Below are positions 49,986 to 63,159 of a DNA stretch of 64,000 bases, in pieces; within the stretch, counting starts at the first letter, position 1, and each line of letters begins with the position of its first letter. The position numbers and the translations under genes are program-made. The notes below the pieces were generated by a model, which saw only the letters and a list, made by a program, of their open reading frames with translations, made no database searches and was not told the DNA's origin. The stretch is from Felis catus (taxonomy: Eukaryota), in the NCBI RefSeq assembly GCF_018350175.1, contig NC_058368.1:98830001-98894000 (forward strand). Direction: 5' to 3'.

Positions 49986-51964
49986 GAATTTTGTGTTTGT
50001 TTAGATTCTGAGACACACAGAAGAGGAAAAAAAAAGAAAAAATGGCTTCTTTTACACTTGAAAGATAGAATGATTAGCATGCATTGAATTTTAATATTGG
50101 TCTGTCTTTGTGCTTTAAAAATAAACCTCTTATGCTTCCAGCTACCCTTGTCTGCTTGAGCCTGGTTCCACAGGCTGTAGTGCAGAACATCATAATTTTA
50201 AGGAGTTTAGAAGGAGAAGGGTAGGCACAAGTAAAGACATTGGTTTTGTTTTATTTCTTTTGCAAACCAGAATTTTAAACTGATTAAAATACATCCAACC
50301 AAATGTCTGAATCACACTGTTTGGGGCAATTTGAGAAAGAAAGCGCTCAAGGGCTGTGTTTTTGTCTGGCTCCTGATGGTTACATGCTTACATCTGAAAG
50401 GATAAAATATGCTTTAGAAAGTATGTAGTTGAAGCAGTTTTGAATACCCAGGATAATTCTAATGTGTGTTTTTAAAAGTTTCACCTTCAGAATATCTAGA
50501 CAAATAATGATATTTATACACATGTATACTAACTTAATACTGATGTCTGGCATTATATTCTAAAAAATTTTTTAAAACCTGTTGGCAAGTGATTCAGGAA
50601 TTAGGAAATATATGAAAGGGGAAAAAAAAGCCAGGGAAAATGCCTTTGGGGGCAAAAGGTGTAAGAATTGGATATTAGGGAAGTAGAGAGAATCCCTGAG
50701 AGGGGAAAAAAAAAATGACTGGACAGAAATAAAACATTTTCTATATAGAAAATACAATATTTATAGTAATTACAATGAAGAATGATTGACATTCTTTTTA
50801 AAGCTTTGGGCATATCAGTCATGCATCTACAGGAGCTCCTGGGTATAACCGTGTGCTGATCTTTCATTTAATAAACCAGTTAACTCTGCCATTAAGTTGG
50901 AGGGTGGATGTGGAAATGAGGTTGAACTTGCCAGCCTGGTCTTTAGATTCTTTCAACCCAGATAGTATATCCTCGTAATATTTAAAGATCTATTCTCTTT
51001 ATAAATAGGTTTAATATTGTGATTTTACACATTCTTTTCTTTAATTATCTGAGGTTTGCTGTTGACTTTTCAGGTCATAATACCGACATGATTGTCCCCC
51101 ACCTTTGTCCACCTGACAAGCTTGACAACATCATCATTGTAACTAAAAGCAAAGGAATGATTTTACATAGGTTAAAAGATCCTTTCAAACTGATCTTTTA
51201 GGTCTACACCTAAGCCAAACCATTTTCAAACACATGGGCTTGCAGCTTCTCTTAGATCTTACTTCTTTAGCACAAAGCTCAGAATTCGGCATACAATCTC
51301 GGTGGCTGCGTTGGGGTACCAATTTGATTTGACTTTATCAGAGGGTGACTGACTGACTTGTGTTCAGTGTCAGTAATTACTGCTTTTAGCAGATACTTCC
51401 TTCCTGTAAAAGGCTATTTAGCAAACAACACAGAGCAGAGAGACAGGGCCACCTACTTAAGACGAGCTAAGATAAAGTAAAAGGCACAGAATTGATTAAA
51501 TACTGACCTTTGCAGAGGAGATCCACTTCCCTGAATCTTTGTGCAACTTCATTAATAACCTGCATATAAAAATGGTATTTCCATATTACAAGAACACTCT
51601 TCTGGGCGCTTGGCAAAAATAGACTAATAAGGCATCTTTCATGTTCTCAGGGAACATAAATAGAAATAAATAGTGGTAAGCAGTAGCAAGTGGTATAATT
51701 AGGCAGGTAAAATTTTGGTAAGCCATTCTTACAGAAGGTAGCAAAAGACATTGAAAACTGAAGTTTCTCTTTGAAGGGTTAGGCTAAGTATGTACCACAG
51801 AGAGCAATACTTTAGTAAGATGCTTATAAAAAACATGCTTTGTTTATTATGCGTTGTTAGATATCTTTATAAAAATTTGTAGTGTTCAAATTTTGCTCTC
51901 CTAAAATCATGTACATCCAAATTTGGATCATCAAGGAGTGTGCTGCCCTCAAAAGGCAGGACTT

Positions 51965-52178
51965 GGGTGGCTGGGTGACTCAGCCAGTTAAGCATCTGAC
52001 TGTTGGTTTTGACACAGCTCACGATTTCACAGTTTGTGAGTTTGAGCCCTGCATCCAGCTCTGAGCTAACAGAGTGGAGCCTGCTTGGGACTCTTCTTCT
52101 CCTTCTCTATCTGCCCCTCCCCCTTCTCCCTCTCTATCTCTCTCTCAACAATAAATAAATAACATTAAACAAAAAAAA
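51965..52178 (+). mobile_element. CanSINE
   Basis: TSD aaaaggcagg(a/g)ct. Confidence 0.92.
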
Positions 52179-53510
52179 AAAGGCAGGGCTGAAATTGCAA
52201 ATCTCAAGCCCTTATCCAGTTAGAAGAGAAAAGAATGGGTTACTTTTCTTTGTCCAACTCAACTCTGAGACTAAGTTGAAAAAAATACAGTTGTCAGGTC
52301 TGAGTTTTATATATAAAAATCAACTTCTTTGAACACTTAACTATGAATTTGGGACCAAAACCAAGTTTACAAGTAACTGAGAGTCTGTTTAGATTATCTT
52401 TACAGATGGATCTATTTCACATCATATGCACAATATCATACAGTGAGTTTAAGTGTGTCCTTGGAATACTTGCTAAAAAATCTTTTCTGTATTCTATTTT
52501 GGCCATAGGATACAGAAATCTTTGTCCTCTCATTAGGAAAAAAAAAACATTCTAAAAGTAGATAATTTTATAAGACAGTAGCATCTTAATTATGTTTTAA
52601 AATATTGGGATGTTTCTTGTTGGTCAACCTTCCAGAAAGTTTGAAATTCCTATGAGTTTTGAGAAAACAGTATTCTGCAAGTTGTTTTTCAGTAAGCCTC
52701 AAATGAATTACTGGAAAATCTAAAACATATTTTAAAATCTGTGTAATAAATTAATCAAATTGGAAGGGGAAAACTCTTGATGTACTAAACTGTTCTATGG
52801 CAAATATACTCACATGCTTAAATGGCCATATTATAGTTCATAGGATTCTAGAATAATATCAATCTTGAGTGCTTTCATCCTAAACCTTGTTAACCCATTG
52901 GTGCAAACTCAGGGAATTCTTAAACTTATTCCCCACACTGCCTCCTGACCAAGCACGTGAGTCTGTTTTTGGCCTATCTTGTGCATTTGTCATATTTTGT
53001 AACCCTGTACCAGTACCACAGTATCTTAATTACAATGGACCCGTAAAATGGGTTTATATATGGTAGCATAAGTCCTTGGTTCCCTTCTTATCTTGACTTA
53101 GACATTCTTAATCTTTTTCATTTCTATATAAATATTATAACCAGGTATTTACTTATTTATTTATTTCCTCAAAAAAAAAAGACTCAGGATTTTGAAGCAA
53201 TTTTTTCAATATATAGAATGATTTTAGGAAAAGTGACATTTTTAATATGTAGTATTCTAATCCAAAGCACCATAACCCCTCCATTTATTTAGTTGTTCTT
53301 TAATTTCTTTTATAATAGCGTGTAGTTTTCTATGTAGAAGCCTTGAAAGTGTTTCTATACATAGATTCCTCCACATTGGTATACTCTGCTGGTATTAGAA
53401 ATTACTTATTTTGTTATTATTTTTATTTCTCATTTGTTATTTCTTATATAGAGAATTATACTCATTTTGCATGTTGACAAATTGTCTTCTTGCTAAATTC
53501 ACTTATTTTT

Positions 53511-53729
53511 TTTTTAATTTTTTTTTAACGTTTATTTATTTTTGAGACAGAGAGAGACAGAGCATGAACGGGGGAGGGTCAGAGAGAGAGGGAGACACAG
53601 AATCTGAAACAGGCTCCAGGCTCTGAGCTGTCAGCACAGAGCCCGACGCGGGGCTCAAACCCACTGACCGCGAGATCATGACCTAAGCCGAAGTCGGCCG
53701 CTCAACTGACTGAGCCACCCAGGCGCCCC
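53511..53729 (-). mobile_element. young, near-consensus CanSINE
   Basis: CpG-rich; perfect TSD taaattcacttattttt at 53494 and 53730. Confidence 0.97.
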
Positions 53730-54137
53730 TAAATTCACTTATTTTTAATAATTTTTATGTAGATATTTTCATTTTTCTAAAGTCATGAAAGTTTGATTTC
53801 TCCACTCCCCATCCCTACAACTTTTATTTCTTCAGTTATTGCAAAAGTTTGGCCCTTCAGGACAATGAGAATAGCAGTGGTGATAGTAAATATTTTTGTC
53901 TTCTTCCAGATCCCAGAGGGAACGTTTTCAGTATCTCACCATTAAGTGTGATGTTTCCTTGTTTTCTTTGTTTTTGTTTTTATTTTGCTAAGAGTTTATG
54001 TTTGTAATCATCAATGAGTGTTATTTTTTTTTTCAAGTGAGCTTTCTTTATTGAGATGATCCCCCTTCCCATGATAGCATTGGTCTGCTTTGTCTACATT
54101 CATTTACATTTATGCTTTCTCAATTACTGCATTTTTA

Positions 54138-54355
54138 AAGATTTTTTAAAGATGTTTTATATTTATTTTGAGAGAGAGAGAGAGTGAGACATCGTGAGTG
54201 GGGGAGGGGTGGAGAGAGAGGGAGAGAGAATCCCAAGAAGGCTCCACACTGTCAGTACAGAGCCTGATAAGGGGCTTGATCTCACAAACGGAGATCATGA
54301 CCTGATCAGAAATCAAGAGTTGGATGCTCAACCAACTGAGCCACCCAGGAACCCC
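54138..54355 (-). mobile_element. CanSINE
   Basis: TSD tcaattact(g/a)cattttta. Confidence 0.95.
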
Positions 54356-54864
54356 TCAATTACTACATTTTTAATGCATTGCTTTAAAAAAAATGTATCG
54401 AACTTGAATGTTTTTGATACAATGCATGTTTTTTTAACCAATGAATAAACTAATTTACATTTATTGATTCAGTGTATATATTAGTTTGTGATTCTGTTGT
54501 CTTCTCTGTTTTTAATGCTTCTTATATTTTCAATGTTTTGTTATTTTTGTTTTATTTTCCCCATGAGTGCCTTTTTATAGTTTAGGGACTATACTGTCTG
54601 TTTTGCCTCAGGTAATTAATATTAAAAACTTTTTGTTTTATATTATATATAATATTCTTGTGTAAGTTCCTTTAATTTTTAATGCTGGCTACCACTTTGA
54701 CCACTGGAGTTGCTAGTTTTAATTTTAAAGTTTTCGTAGTTGCCTTTTATAATTTGACGAAATAGATTGAAAGCATATTTTTGTCATATATTCATGTAGT
54801 CAATACTTCTTGGTTTGCTTTAAAGGAAGATTAAAAAATGAATACATTCAAACTGTTTTCCATC

Positions 54865-55516
54865 TGTATTCATTTCCTATTGCTGTTTTCACAAATTATC
54901 ACAAACTTACTAGCTTAAAACAGTGCAAAGTCACATCAGAGCTCTGGAATCTGCAAGTCAAAAATCAGTCTCACTGAGCTAAAGTCAAGGTATGAACAGG
55001 GCTGGTTCCCTATGGTCTTTAAGAGAGATACCATTTCCTTACCTTTTTAAGCTTCCCAAGAGTGTCCATAATCCTTAGGATATGAGCCCCTCCCAGCCAG
55101 CAATGGCATCTGTCCAGTCTCTGCTAACATCAAACCCGAGTGAATCCCCAGAATAATCTCATTGCAAGACCCTTAATTTAAACACATCTGCAAATCCTCT
55201 CTTCTAATTGTTGTCACATAATGTAACAGATCTATAAATTCCTCGGATTAGAACACAGATATTTTTTTGCCATTTATGTATTCTTTTTGAGAGAGAGAGA
55301 GAAAACAGGGGAGGGGCAGAGAGAGAGGGAGACAGAGAATCCCAAGCAGGCTCTGCAGTGTCCGTGCAGAGCCCAATGTGGGGCTCAATCCCATGAACCG
55401 TGAGATCATGACCTGAGCTGAGATCAACAGTTGGATACTTAACTGACTGAATCATCCAGGCACCCCAGAACATAGACATTTTGGGGAGAGAAGGCAGGAT
55501 TATTATATCTACCACA
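54865..55516. mobile_element. MLT1 (MaLR) solo LTR interrupted by a CanSINE
   Basis: TG...CA ends: tgtattcatttcctattgctg...cacaaacttactagcttaaaac...gacatttt...ttattatatctaccaca. Confidence 0.82.
55265..55466 (-). mobile_element. CanSINE inside the MLT1 LTR
   Basis: TSD agaaca(c/t)aga(t/c)attt. Confidence 0.95.
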
Positions 55517-55592
55517 CCTACTTTCCTTTTTTCTTCCTTTAATATTTTCTTCTCAAATATTCTTATATGGTTTATTTTCAAACATTTATCTC

Positions 55593-56013
55593 TTTTGGAG
55601 GAAGTCATGGAGAGGGCTTGACCTAAGAGCTGGACTGGGCAATCAGAGGGACTCCTCACCCTATCCCCAGTCTTTGGAATGTACATTCTGCCGCTATTCC
55701 GATAATGGGAGCCCTTTTGAAGGACACATACTCGAGAGAGCAGTATGTTGTTGATACCACATGGATATTACATGTGAGTGAACCCAGTTAAGGCTTCTGT
55801 ATAAAATTTTAAGATTCTGGTTGGCAGGTGCAAAGAGTTACTTGTCTTGTGGCCTCTCAAGATAAGCCTGCTAAGTAAGTTCCATTGCTTATTAAACCTG
55901 CTTTCTACCAGTCTGTAGTGGTTGGATTCTCTCTTAATTCTCTCCTTACCCTCTGTGCACAGAGGTTAGTTTCAGATTTCACCTGGAGAAACTCCCAAGG
56001 TTGTGAACCAACA
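55593..56013 (+). mobile_element. solo ERV LTR (421 bp) with a 5-bp TSD
   Basis: ATCTC|ttttgg...ccaaca|ATCTC; TATA-like gtataaaa at about 55799; ATTAAA at 55891. Confidence 0.75.
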
Positions 56014-56454
56014 ATCTCCTGTAATCCTGTTTCCCAATTGTTCCATCTTATACTTCAGTTAAACAACAACAACGACGATGACAGTGTTACTTTTATTTTG
56101 TAATTAGTGAAATTCAGTTTTGAGAAGTTTTTGTTGTTTCATCCAAGACTATCTCACTAGTGCTCTGTTTCCTAGGTGATTTGTTTTTTTGGGGGAATAT
56201 GGACTATAGCTTTTATTGTGATGGTCAGCTTGGTTGGTATAGTAGTATTGGGTCAAATTTTCTTTCCTTCAGAATTTTAGAGTTTAATGTGTTCTGCATT
56301 TGAATTAGTGGAGAAGTCTGAAGATAGCCTCATCTTTTTACAGCTGTAAATGTCTTTGCAAAATTCCTTCCTCCTTGAACTTCAATTATTTAATCAAGTT
56401 ATATTTCATTGTTAATGGTTCTGTATCACAGTTCTTCCCTAGACAATGTTACTT

Positions 56455-56660
56455 GGGCTGCCTGGGTGTCTCAGTTGGTTAAGTGTCTGACACTTGATCT
56501 CAGTTCAGGTCATGATCTCATGGTTCATGGGTTCAAGCCCCGCATTGGCTCTGGGTTGACAGCATGGAGCATGCTTGGAATTCTCCCTCTCACTCTCTCT
56601 GTCCCTCCCCAGCTTATGCTCTCTCTCAAAATAAACAAATAAACTTATTTTTTAAAAAAG
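56455..56660 (+). mobile_element. CanSINE
   Basis: Approximate TSD aga(c/a)aatgtta. Confidence 0.92.
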
Positions 56661-57549
56661 ACAAGAAAATGTTATGTGCTTTCATTTTCATTTTCAACTT
56701 TTCTAAAATTTCAGGAAATTTTTCCTCAGTTTCTGAAAGCATTTACATTTTTTGAATGGATTTGCGTCTTCTGGAAGACCCGTTATCCTTGGGTTGATCA
56801 TGTTTGACAACTTTCCATATCTATAGGCTTTAATTACTTTTTCTTATCTTTTGCCATCATTCTGAACATACTAATTTTTCCTATTTGTCAGTAAAGTGTT
56901 TTTCCCTTATATGTTCTTTTCCTTTCTGCATCAAAGGCGTTTACTAATTCGGTAATACTGAAACATTGGCCCTATATTTGTTCCCTGACTCCTCAAATTT
57001 CGTTTTCATCCCGTCCTTTTGTTTTATGTTTTTATCTTTGAGATATTAAGTAGAATCATGTTTTCTATTACAATTTTACATGTAGATTGCCCATTCTTTT
57101 TCTTCTAAAATAAAGCTTATGATATTTTTCACCTGGCTCATTTTTAACATGAACAGTTTGGCCCACACTTTTTCATCCCACTGATGTTGTTTGTGTAACT
57201 TCATTACAAATGTTTGCTATCTCCTCTTACCTGACTTCTCCTTCTCTCCGAGCTGCAGATACCCTCAGTGCATGTTCTCTGAATGTTTGAGAGAAGGGGA
57301 TTACAAATTGTGCTGAAACAGGAATCCGCTGGGATTAGGTAAAACCTAATCACGTGCACTTGCTTGTACCTTGTATATCATCTTCTATAACCCAAGTGAC
57401 TAGGGGTCACTTGGGCTATGGGCTATCCATGCCATAATGTATTCAGGCTTTTAATAGCACCTATGGATTTGGTGCAGAATTTAGAGTCTTGGCATTTGTC
57501 CAAGAGAGGCTGCCTAAGTAGCTTTAACCCTAATCCTCCCTGGCTTTTC

Positions 57550-57907
57550 TTTTCTCTTCTTTTCTTTTCATTTCTTTTCTTCCTTCCTTCCTTCCTTCCT
57601 TTGATCTTCCTATCTTTCTGTCTTTATTTCTTAATTTATTCTTTTTTTATTTTTTTAAATTTATTTTATTTATTTTAAAATATTTATTTTAAAACATATT
57701 TATTTATCTATCTATCTATCTATCTATCTATTTTGAGAGAGAGACCGAGAGAGCATGAATGGGGAGGGGGAGAGAGAGAATCCCAAGCAGGCTCTACTCT
57801 GTTGGTGTAGAGCCTGAGGTAGTGCTTGAACCCACAAATGGTGAGGTCATGACCTGAACTGAATTCAAGATTCAGATGTTTAACTGGCTGTGCCACTGAG
57901 GCACCCC
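57550..57907 (-). mobile_element. CanSINE with a ~180-bp microsatellite-expanded tail
   Basis: TSD ctggcttttc at 57540 and 57912 brackets the body plus (TTTC/TTCC/TTTA/TCTA)n. Confidence 0.88.
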
Positions 57908-58925
57908 CACTCTGGCTTTTCCAGAAGTCTTTTTAAATCCTCCATAAGCATAAATGGATGATGAGATTGGCAATTTGATTCTAGCCCCAGGTGTTGAGTC
58001 TACAGTGGGTTGGAGATATTTTAGCAGGTTCCTCTCCTTACCACCACAGAAATCTCTTTCTTTTTCTCTTACAGTTAACTAAATTCTTGTTTATGCATTG
58101 GATCTTACCTCTGGGTAAGATCCGTTTGGAATGTTTCTGCTTTTTCTCTCTGCTTTTCTCCTGGCAGGAAAACCAAAACCAGAATGTCAACTGTGTTTGC
58201 TTTTTTCTGAGGTTCTGGGTCCTCTTTGAGCTGGCTCCACACTTTCTCATTATGCTCTTGCCAACCGTGCATTTCTAGTTGGATTTTTTTTTAAGGATTT
58301 TGTGAAATCACATATCTCCCCCGTGTTTCTTACTGGTCTGTCAGAAGTAGCTAAACCAAGGTGTGCCTTGGAGAATATTTTTAAAAGCCTTCTCTTTCTC
58401 TATCACCTCTTGGCTTGATCGCTTCTGTTGCTTTTGTGAAATTGTTTTTTGTTTGTCTGTTGGCTGGTAGGTTTCCTTTTGTGTTCAGCCTATTTGGGCT
58501 CATATGTTTAGGTTTGGAGGCAGTGATATGTTAAGGTTTATCATAACTGTATTATCTTGGAGATTTGTATTTAGTGTTGCTCAGTCTTTTCTAAAATAGT
58601 TGCTCTTCCACTCAGTTATATTACTTTTTTGTTCTTTTGGATCATTTCCACATATATTTGGTCCAGAACGATGTTGGTGGTTGTGATTTGCATGGCCTGG
58701 GCAACCGTAACTATAATTGACTTTGGCATGAAGGTAATGTTAGTGAGGCGCCTGAGATCTGCTTCCAAGCCCTGGTGCTGTTCTAGTTGAGCATGATTTG
58801 AATCTGGGGAAGAGCTCTTCTGTGAAGTTAAAATTGCTTTTCTGAAATATACCCTCTTTCTTTGAGTCAATAAGAAATGTGGAGCCACAACAAAAGTTCA
58901 GGAACATTGTTTGGTGAAGCATATC

Positions 58926-59146
58926 TTTTTTTTTTAAGTTTATTTATTTTTGAGAGAGAGAGCTTAAACTGAGGAGGAACAGAGAGAGAGAGACAGAGAG
59001 ACAGAGAGAGAGAGAGAATCTGAAGCAGGCTCCAGGCTCTGAGCTGTCAGCACAGAGCCCGAAATGGGGCTTGAACTCCTGAGCTGTTGAGATCATGACC
59101 TGAGCTGAAGTTGGACACTTAACTGACTGAGCCACCCAGGTGCCCC
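58926..59146 (-). mobile_element. CanSINE
   Basis: Full reverse copy. Confidence 0.94.
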
Positions 59147-59284
59147 AAGGTGCTTACCTTAAAAGGACTTCTTGAACAAGCTGAGAGCTACATCCAGAAC
59201 CTCCCAATTTTGTCAACCATTTTTTCTTAACTCTTCAGCATTTGTCTTTGACTCACTTCTTTCAGATGTAATGTGGGATTCATG

Positions 59285-59456
59285 GTTGGCAGCCTTCACT
59301 GTAGACTGGAATCACCCAGGAAGTTTTAAAAACAATAGGTGCCCAGATCCTAGCACGAGAAATGTGGTTTCAATTTGTCTGGGGTGGAACTCTGACAGTG
59401 GTATTTTTAAAAGCTCCTAGGGGTGTTTCATGTGCAGCCAGAGTTGAGAACCATTG
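59285..59456. mobile_element. MER5A-type hAT MITE
   Basis: ggaatcacccaggaagttttaaaa...gtgcccagatcc...ggtctggggtgg-like...gtatttttaaaagctcc...gtgcagccagagttgagaaccattg. Confidence 0.8.
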
Positions 59457-61074
59457 TAACAGAAAATCAATCAGGAAGAATACCCATTTTTAAGGAGTGA
59501 AACTATGGGAATACCAGCTTAACACTATAACACTTCAGGATAAATGAAAGTAAATTATTTTCCCTTCACCTGGAGCCACATGAGACATTACATTGATCTA
59601 AACTATTGTCCAATGTAGTAATTGGATAAAAGCACCTACTTCTGGGGAAAGGAAAGCAAGCTGTCCTTTGAAATTTGAATGGAAAATATTAAAATCTTAT
59701 TTTTACAGTCAGCTCTATTTAAAGTAATTTACTCTATCAGAATTCCTGAAAGGTAAAGTTCTTCACTGACTGTTGAACAGGAAGCTTGGTTTCAGATTTG
59801 CTTGAAATTTGCTATCACTATGAAGAAAGAGTTCAAAGTTAAATGGATATTTTAAATCCCTAACATTGCAAAAACAAAACAAAACAAAACAAAGACATTT
59901 AGATTTATGTTCAGAGATTATCCATTTGTGTGAGGCTAGAGAGAAGGATATAGTCTACATTTATCAGTTAACCTGATGTGCTACTAGAAAGTTTACCTTG
60001 GGAATGCTTTATCCATTTGAGGTTTTGTTTGTTTGCTTGTTTGTTTTAATCTGAGCAGCAAATTAAGCATTCCAGCTTTTGTTCTGCTGAGACCCATTGC
60101 CCTTTACCAGACTAGAACAAAAAGGATGGATTTTCAGTCAGGTTCTGTCTCACTCATGTGGAAAGCTTCATCTTTTAGAAATATTCCAGTGCCAGTAGAC
60201 CTGATCAGATCGGTGACTCCCCACATGTTCTAAGACTTCCAAAGGGAGATATCCCATTAACTATGAAAGCTGTCCTATTAGCCACCTACACCCACCACAG
60301 ATGCCTGGAGACAGACAATATGATGTTAAATTTATAGATATTACTTAGCCAAGAAATATAGCAAGATGTAGACATGGCATCAGATGGTTTTGGGAACTTA
60401 GGAATTTACTCTGTTTTAAAGAAAAAGAGAGGAAGAAGGGGAGTAAGGAAGGAAGAAAAATAATTTAGTTTATCAAACTTTTTCTAAAGTCAGATTTGTA
60501 ATTCATGTTGCTCCATGGATTATTAGGCTTAATAAATTATAAGCATTATAGGTACATCTAGTTTCAAAAAATTAAAAAAAAATTGACATTTGAAACAATC
60601 TATTCTCCACATTTTGCTATATATATTTTTAATACTTACACAAAGTTAAGTGATTCATCATCAGTTGACATCATATATTTTCTAGGTATTATCCATTAGT
60701 TTAAAAATGTGAGTAATCTCCACACTATCAAATCTCTCTGTGGGTTATTTTTGGTTTATATATTATTGAATGGTTAAACTTTCAGGCAGGATAGAATCAT
60801 CAAATACCTTTCAATAATGTTTGCCTTAAGAGAGTAAAATATTGAAATAGAAAAATAGGTTTGCTTCTGTCCATGTGTTTTTTAATCAATCATGTACATT
60901 TCACAACCTGTTGAGATGGGAGTGAAGCTAACACTTATAAAGCAGCCAAAATAGGATGACATTAACCTTCTTGGGCCAAATAGTTGTGATTCTCTCTGCA
61001 TATTTGTCTTAGTTTTAGAGACCCAATACCAAAATATAACATATTTCCTTTATGCCATTTTTCTTTCCATGCAA

Positions 61075-61560
61075 GATTCATTCTTTTTTGAATCATTCAT
61101 TCTCTTTACATTTTATATACATCTAGTACATACCAGCTACTGTAGTGGAGAGCTAGGAAAGAATCTGTCAATGTGGAGAAGACTGAATCATGAGAGAAAT
61201 GGGAATTAAACAAATAAAGACACAAATGTGTAATATAAAACTTGAATAATGCTGTGAGAGAAGATTACCAGTTTTTAGGAAGCATTTGGAAGACATTATC
61301 TCAAGTGGAAGTCTGGGAAAGCTTATAGGAGGAAGTGATATTTGAGCACAGATCTAAGAATCAAAGAAACATTCATTTAATCACTACTCTCTCAGACAGA
61401 TAAATGAGATCTGACAAATTTTTGACATAAAAGAGGATCTGCATGGGGAATTAAAGGAGCTGAAAGAAAGCTCATGTGGGTGGTGGGCAAAGAGCAAGAG
61501 AAAGAAGTATTAGGGACAATGAGAGCATATGGAACAATCTAGAAATAGAATGAAAATTTA
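61075..61560 (-). mobile_element. L2 fragment
   Basis: attcattc... followed by gggaaagcttataggaggaagtgatatttgagc, an L2-like phrase. Confidence 0.55.
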
Positions 61561-61684
61561 CTTTTATTTAGGGGAGGTGACAGAGATGGATCAAAAAGTG
61601 ATATTTTGTTGTTAGAATTGCTTAAATTTACTTTGAAAACTTCACAGCTTAATTTTTTTGCCCCTATTTTTAAAAGATCTTGAA

Positions 61685-62024
61685 CAGTTGACTCTTAAAA
61701 CAATGCAGGGGGTTAAGGGTACTGACACCCACGTGCAGCCAAAAATTCATGAATAATGTTGATCTCCCCAAAACGTAACTTCTAATCTTCTGTTGACTGG
61801 AAGCCTTACCAATAGCATAAGGAGTTTATTCACACATATTTGGTATGTTATATGTATTATATAGTATATGTTCACAATAAAGTAAAAGGAAACTAGAGAA
61901 AAGAAAAATTACTAAAAAATTACAAGGAAGAGAAAACACATTTACTCTACTGTATTTATTGAAACAAAATCCAAGTATAAGTGGACCTGTGAACTTCGAA
62001 CCGGTTTTGTTGAAGGACAAACTG
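61685..62024 (-). mobile_element. Tigger2a-like MITE (opposite orientation to the other two)
   Basis: cagttgactcttaaaacaatgcagggggttaagg ... ataagtggacctgtgaacttcgaaccggttttgttgaaggacaaactg. Confidence 0.82.
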
Positions 62025-62889
62025 GATTTCTCTTGTGTATCCCCTTACCGAGTGGTGGTAGTGTGGCAAAGCCTTTGCCACACAGGTCAAATAGTAAAAT
62101 ATAGACATACGTGTAAGAACAGTTTTTTCTTTGAAAACATTATACATGTATCTATGCATTATTGCTAAATCAAGGTCAGACGCATTTTCATAGAAAACAT
62201 CAGAAAATGTGTAAGTATTTACATTTGAAGATCTCATATGATATCCTTTATGTTATCGTAACCACATTCTAATTTACCTTTACAACACATACTGATTTAA
62301 ATATTATACAACTCATCTTGTTTCTAGTAATTTGGAAACATAAGTTCTAAGAGTTTGTATTGGCTTTCTATTTCTCTCTCCCTGCGCTTCATCGTAACAC
62401 CAAACTGAAACATCTACTGACGTCTGTCTTATGTAATTTATAATCTCCAGGATAAACCATTTTTCAAAAAATTGTTGAAGTTGACAAAGCAAAACTAATG
62501 TCTGGGAATTAAAATATGGTAGCATGGCTGCCCTCAGGTAGTATGCACTGCCCTCAGTGCAGAGTAGGGTTTTGAAAGCAAAAGTCTTAAGTTTTTTTTC
62601 TTTTTTAAATTCCCATAGTATTTTTCTATAAAGTTTCTAGAATGGTATACTCTCACGCTGAAGGTAATTTTAGGGTTCCACCCTGTTTAAGTCTTGAAAC
62701 TGTTGATGAAGAACTAACGAACACATACTTGCTGGGCACTTTCTTTTAGTCCATCATGGTGTTAAGTGGTTGGAAAGAAGTGTGTTATGATTACTGCCCT
62801 CCGTCAACTTGCAATTTAAGTAGAAAAGTGCCCTCACAGATTTTTAGGATTAGAGGTAATGAAAGGCCAAATGGAATGGAGATAAGAAT

Positions 62890-63105
62890 GGGTGCCTCAG
62901 TGGCTCAGTAGGTTAGGTGTTGGACTCTTGGTTTTAACTCAGGTCTTGATCTCACAGTTCATGAGTTCGATTCCCATATCAGGCTCTGTGCTGACAGTGT
63001 GAAGTCTACTTGGGATTCTTTATCTCTCTCTCTCTGCCCTATGCTCTCCCTCTCTTTCTCTCAAAAATAAATAAAAAACTTAAAAACAAAAAACAAAAAC
63101 AAAAA
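62890..63105 (+). mobile_element. CanSINE with an (AAAAC)n tail
   Basis: gggtgcctcagtggctcag...aaaaataaataaaa. Confidence 0.92.
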
Positions 63106-63159
63106 ATGCAGTTGTGAGGTCTAGGTAAAAGCAAGTTGGGTTCATTAAGAAACATGTGT

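Larger units (their letters stand above)
52950..57250 (-). mobile_element. fragmented ancient L1 (L1M-type) hosting later SINE and LTR insertions
   Basis: Antisense L1 ORF2 phrases (ccagtaccacagtatcttaattac; gacaatgagaatagcagtggtgatag...tcttcttccagatcccagagggaacgttttcagtatctcaccattaagtgtgatgtt; gagaagtctgaagatagcc). Confidence 0.65.

Noticed and set aside
957..59135. Many similar 60-160 aa ORFs (MAQSVKRPTSAQVMIS...; ...GSGHDLTV...EPGACFGFCVSLS)
   Set aside because: They are translations of CanSINE copies, not a gene family or a repeat-protein system.
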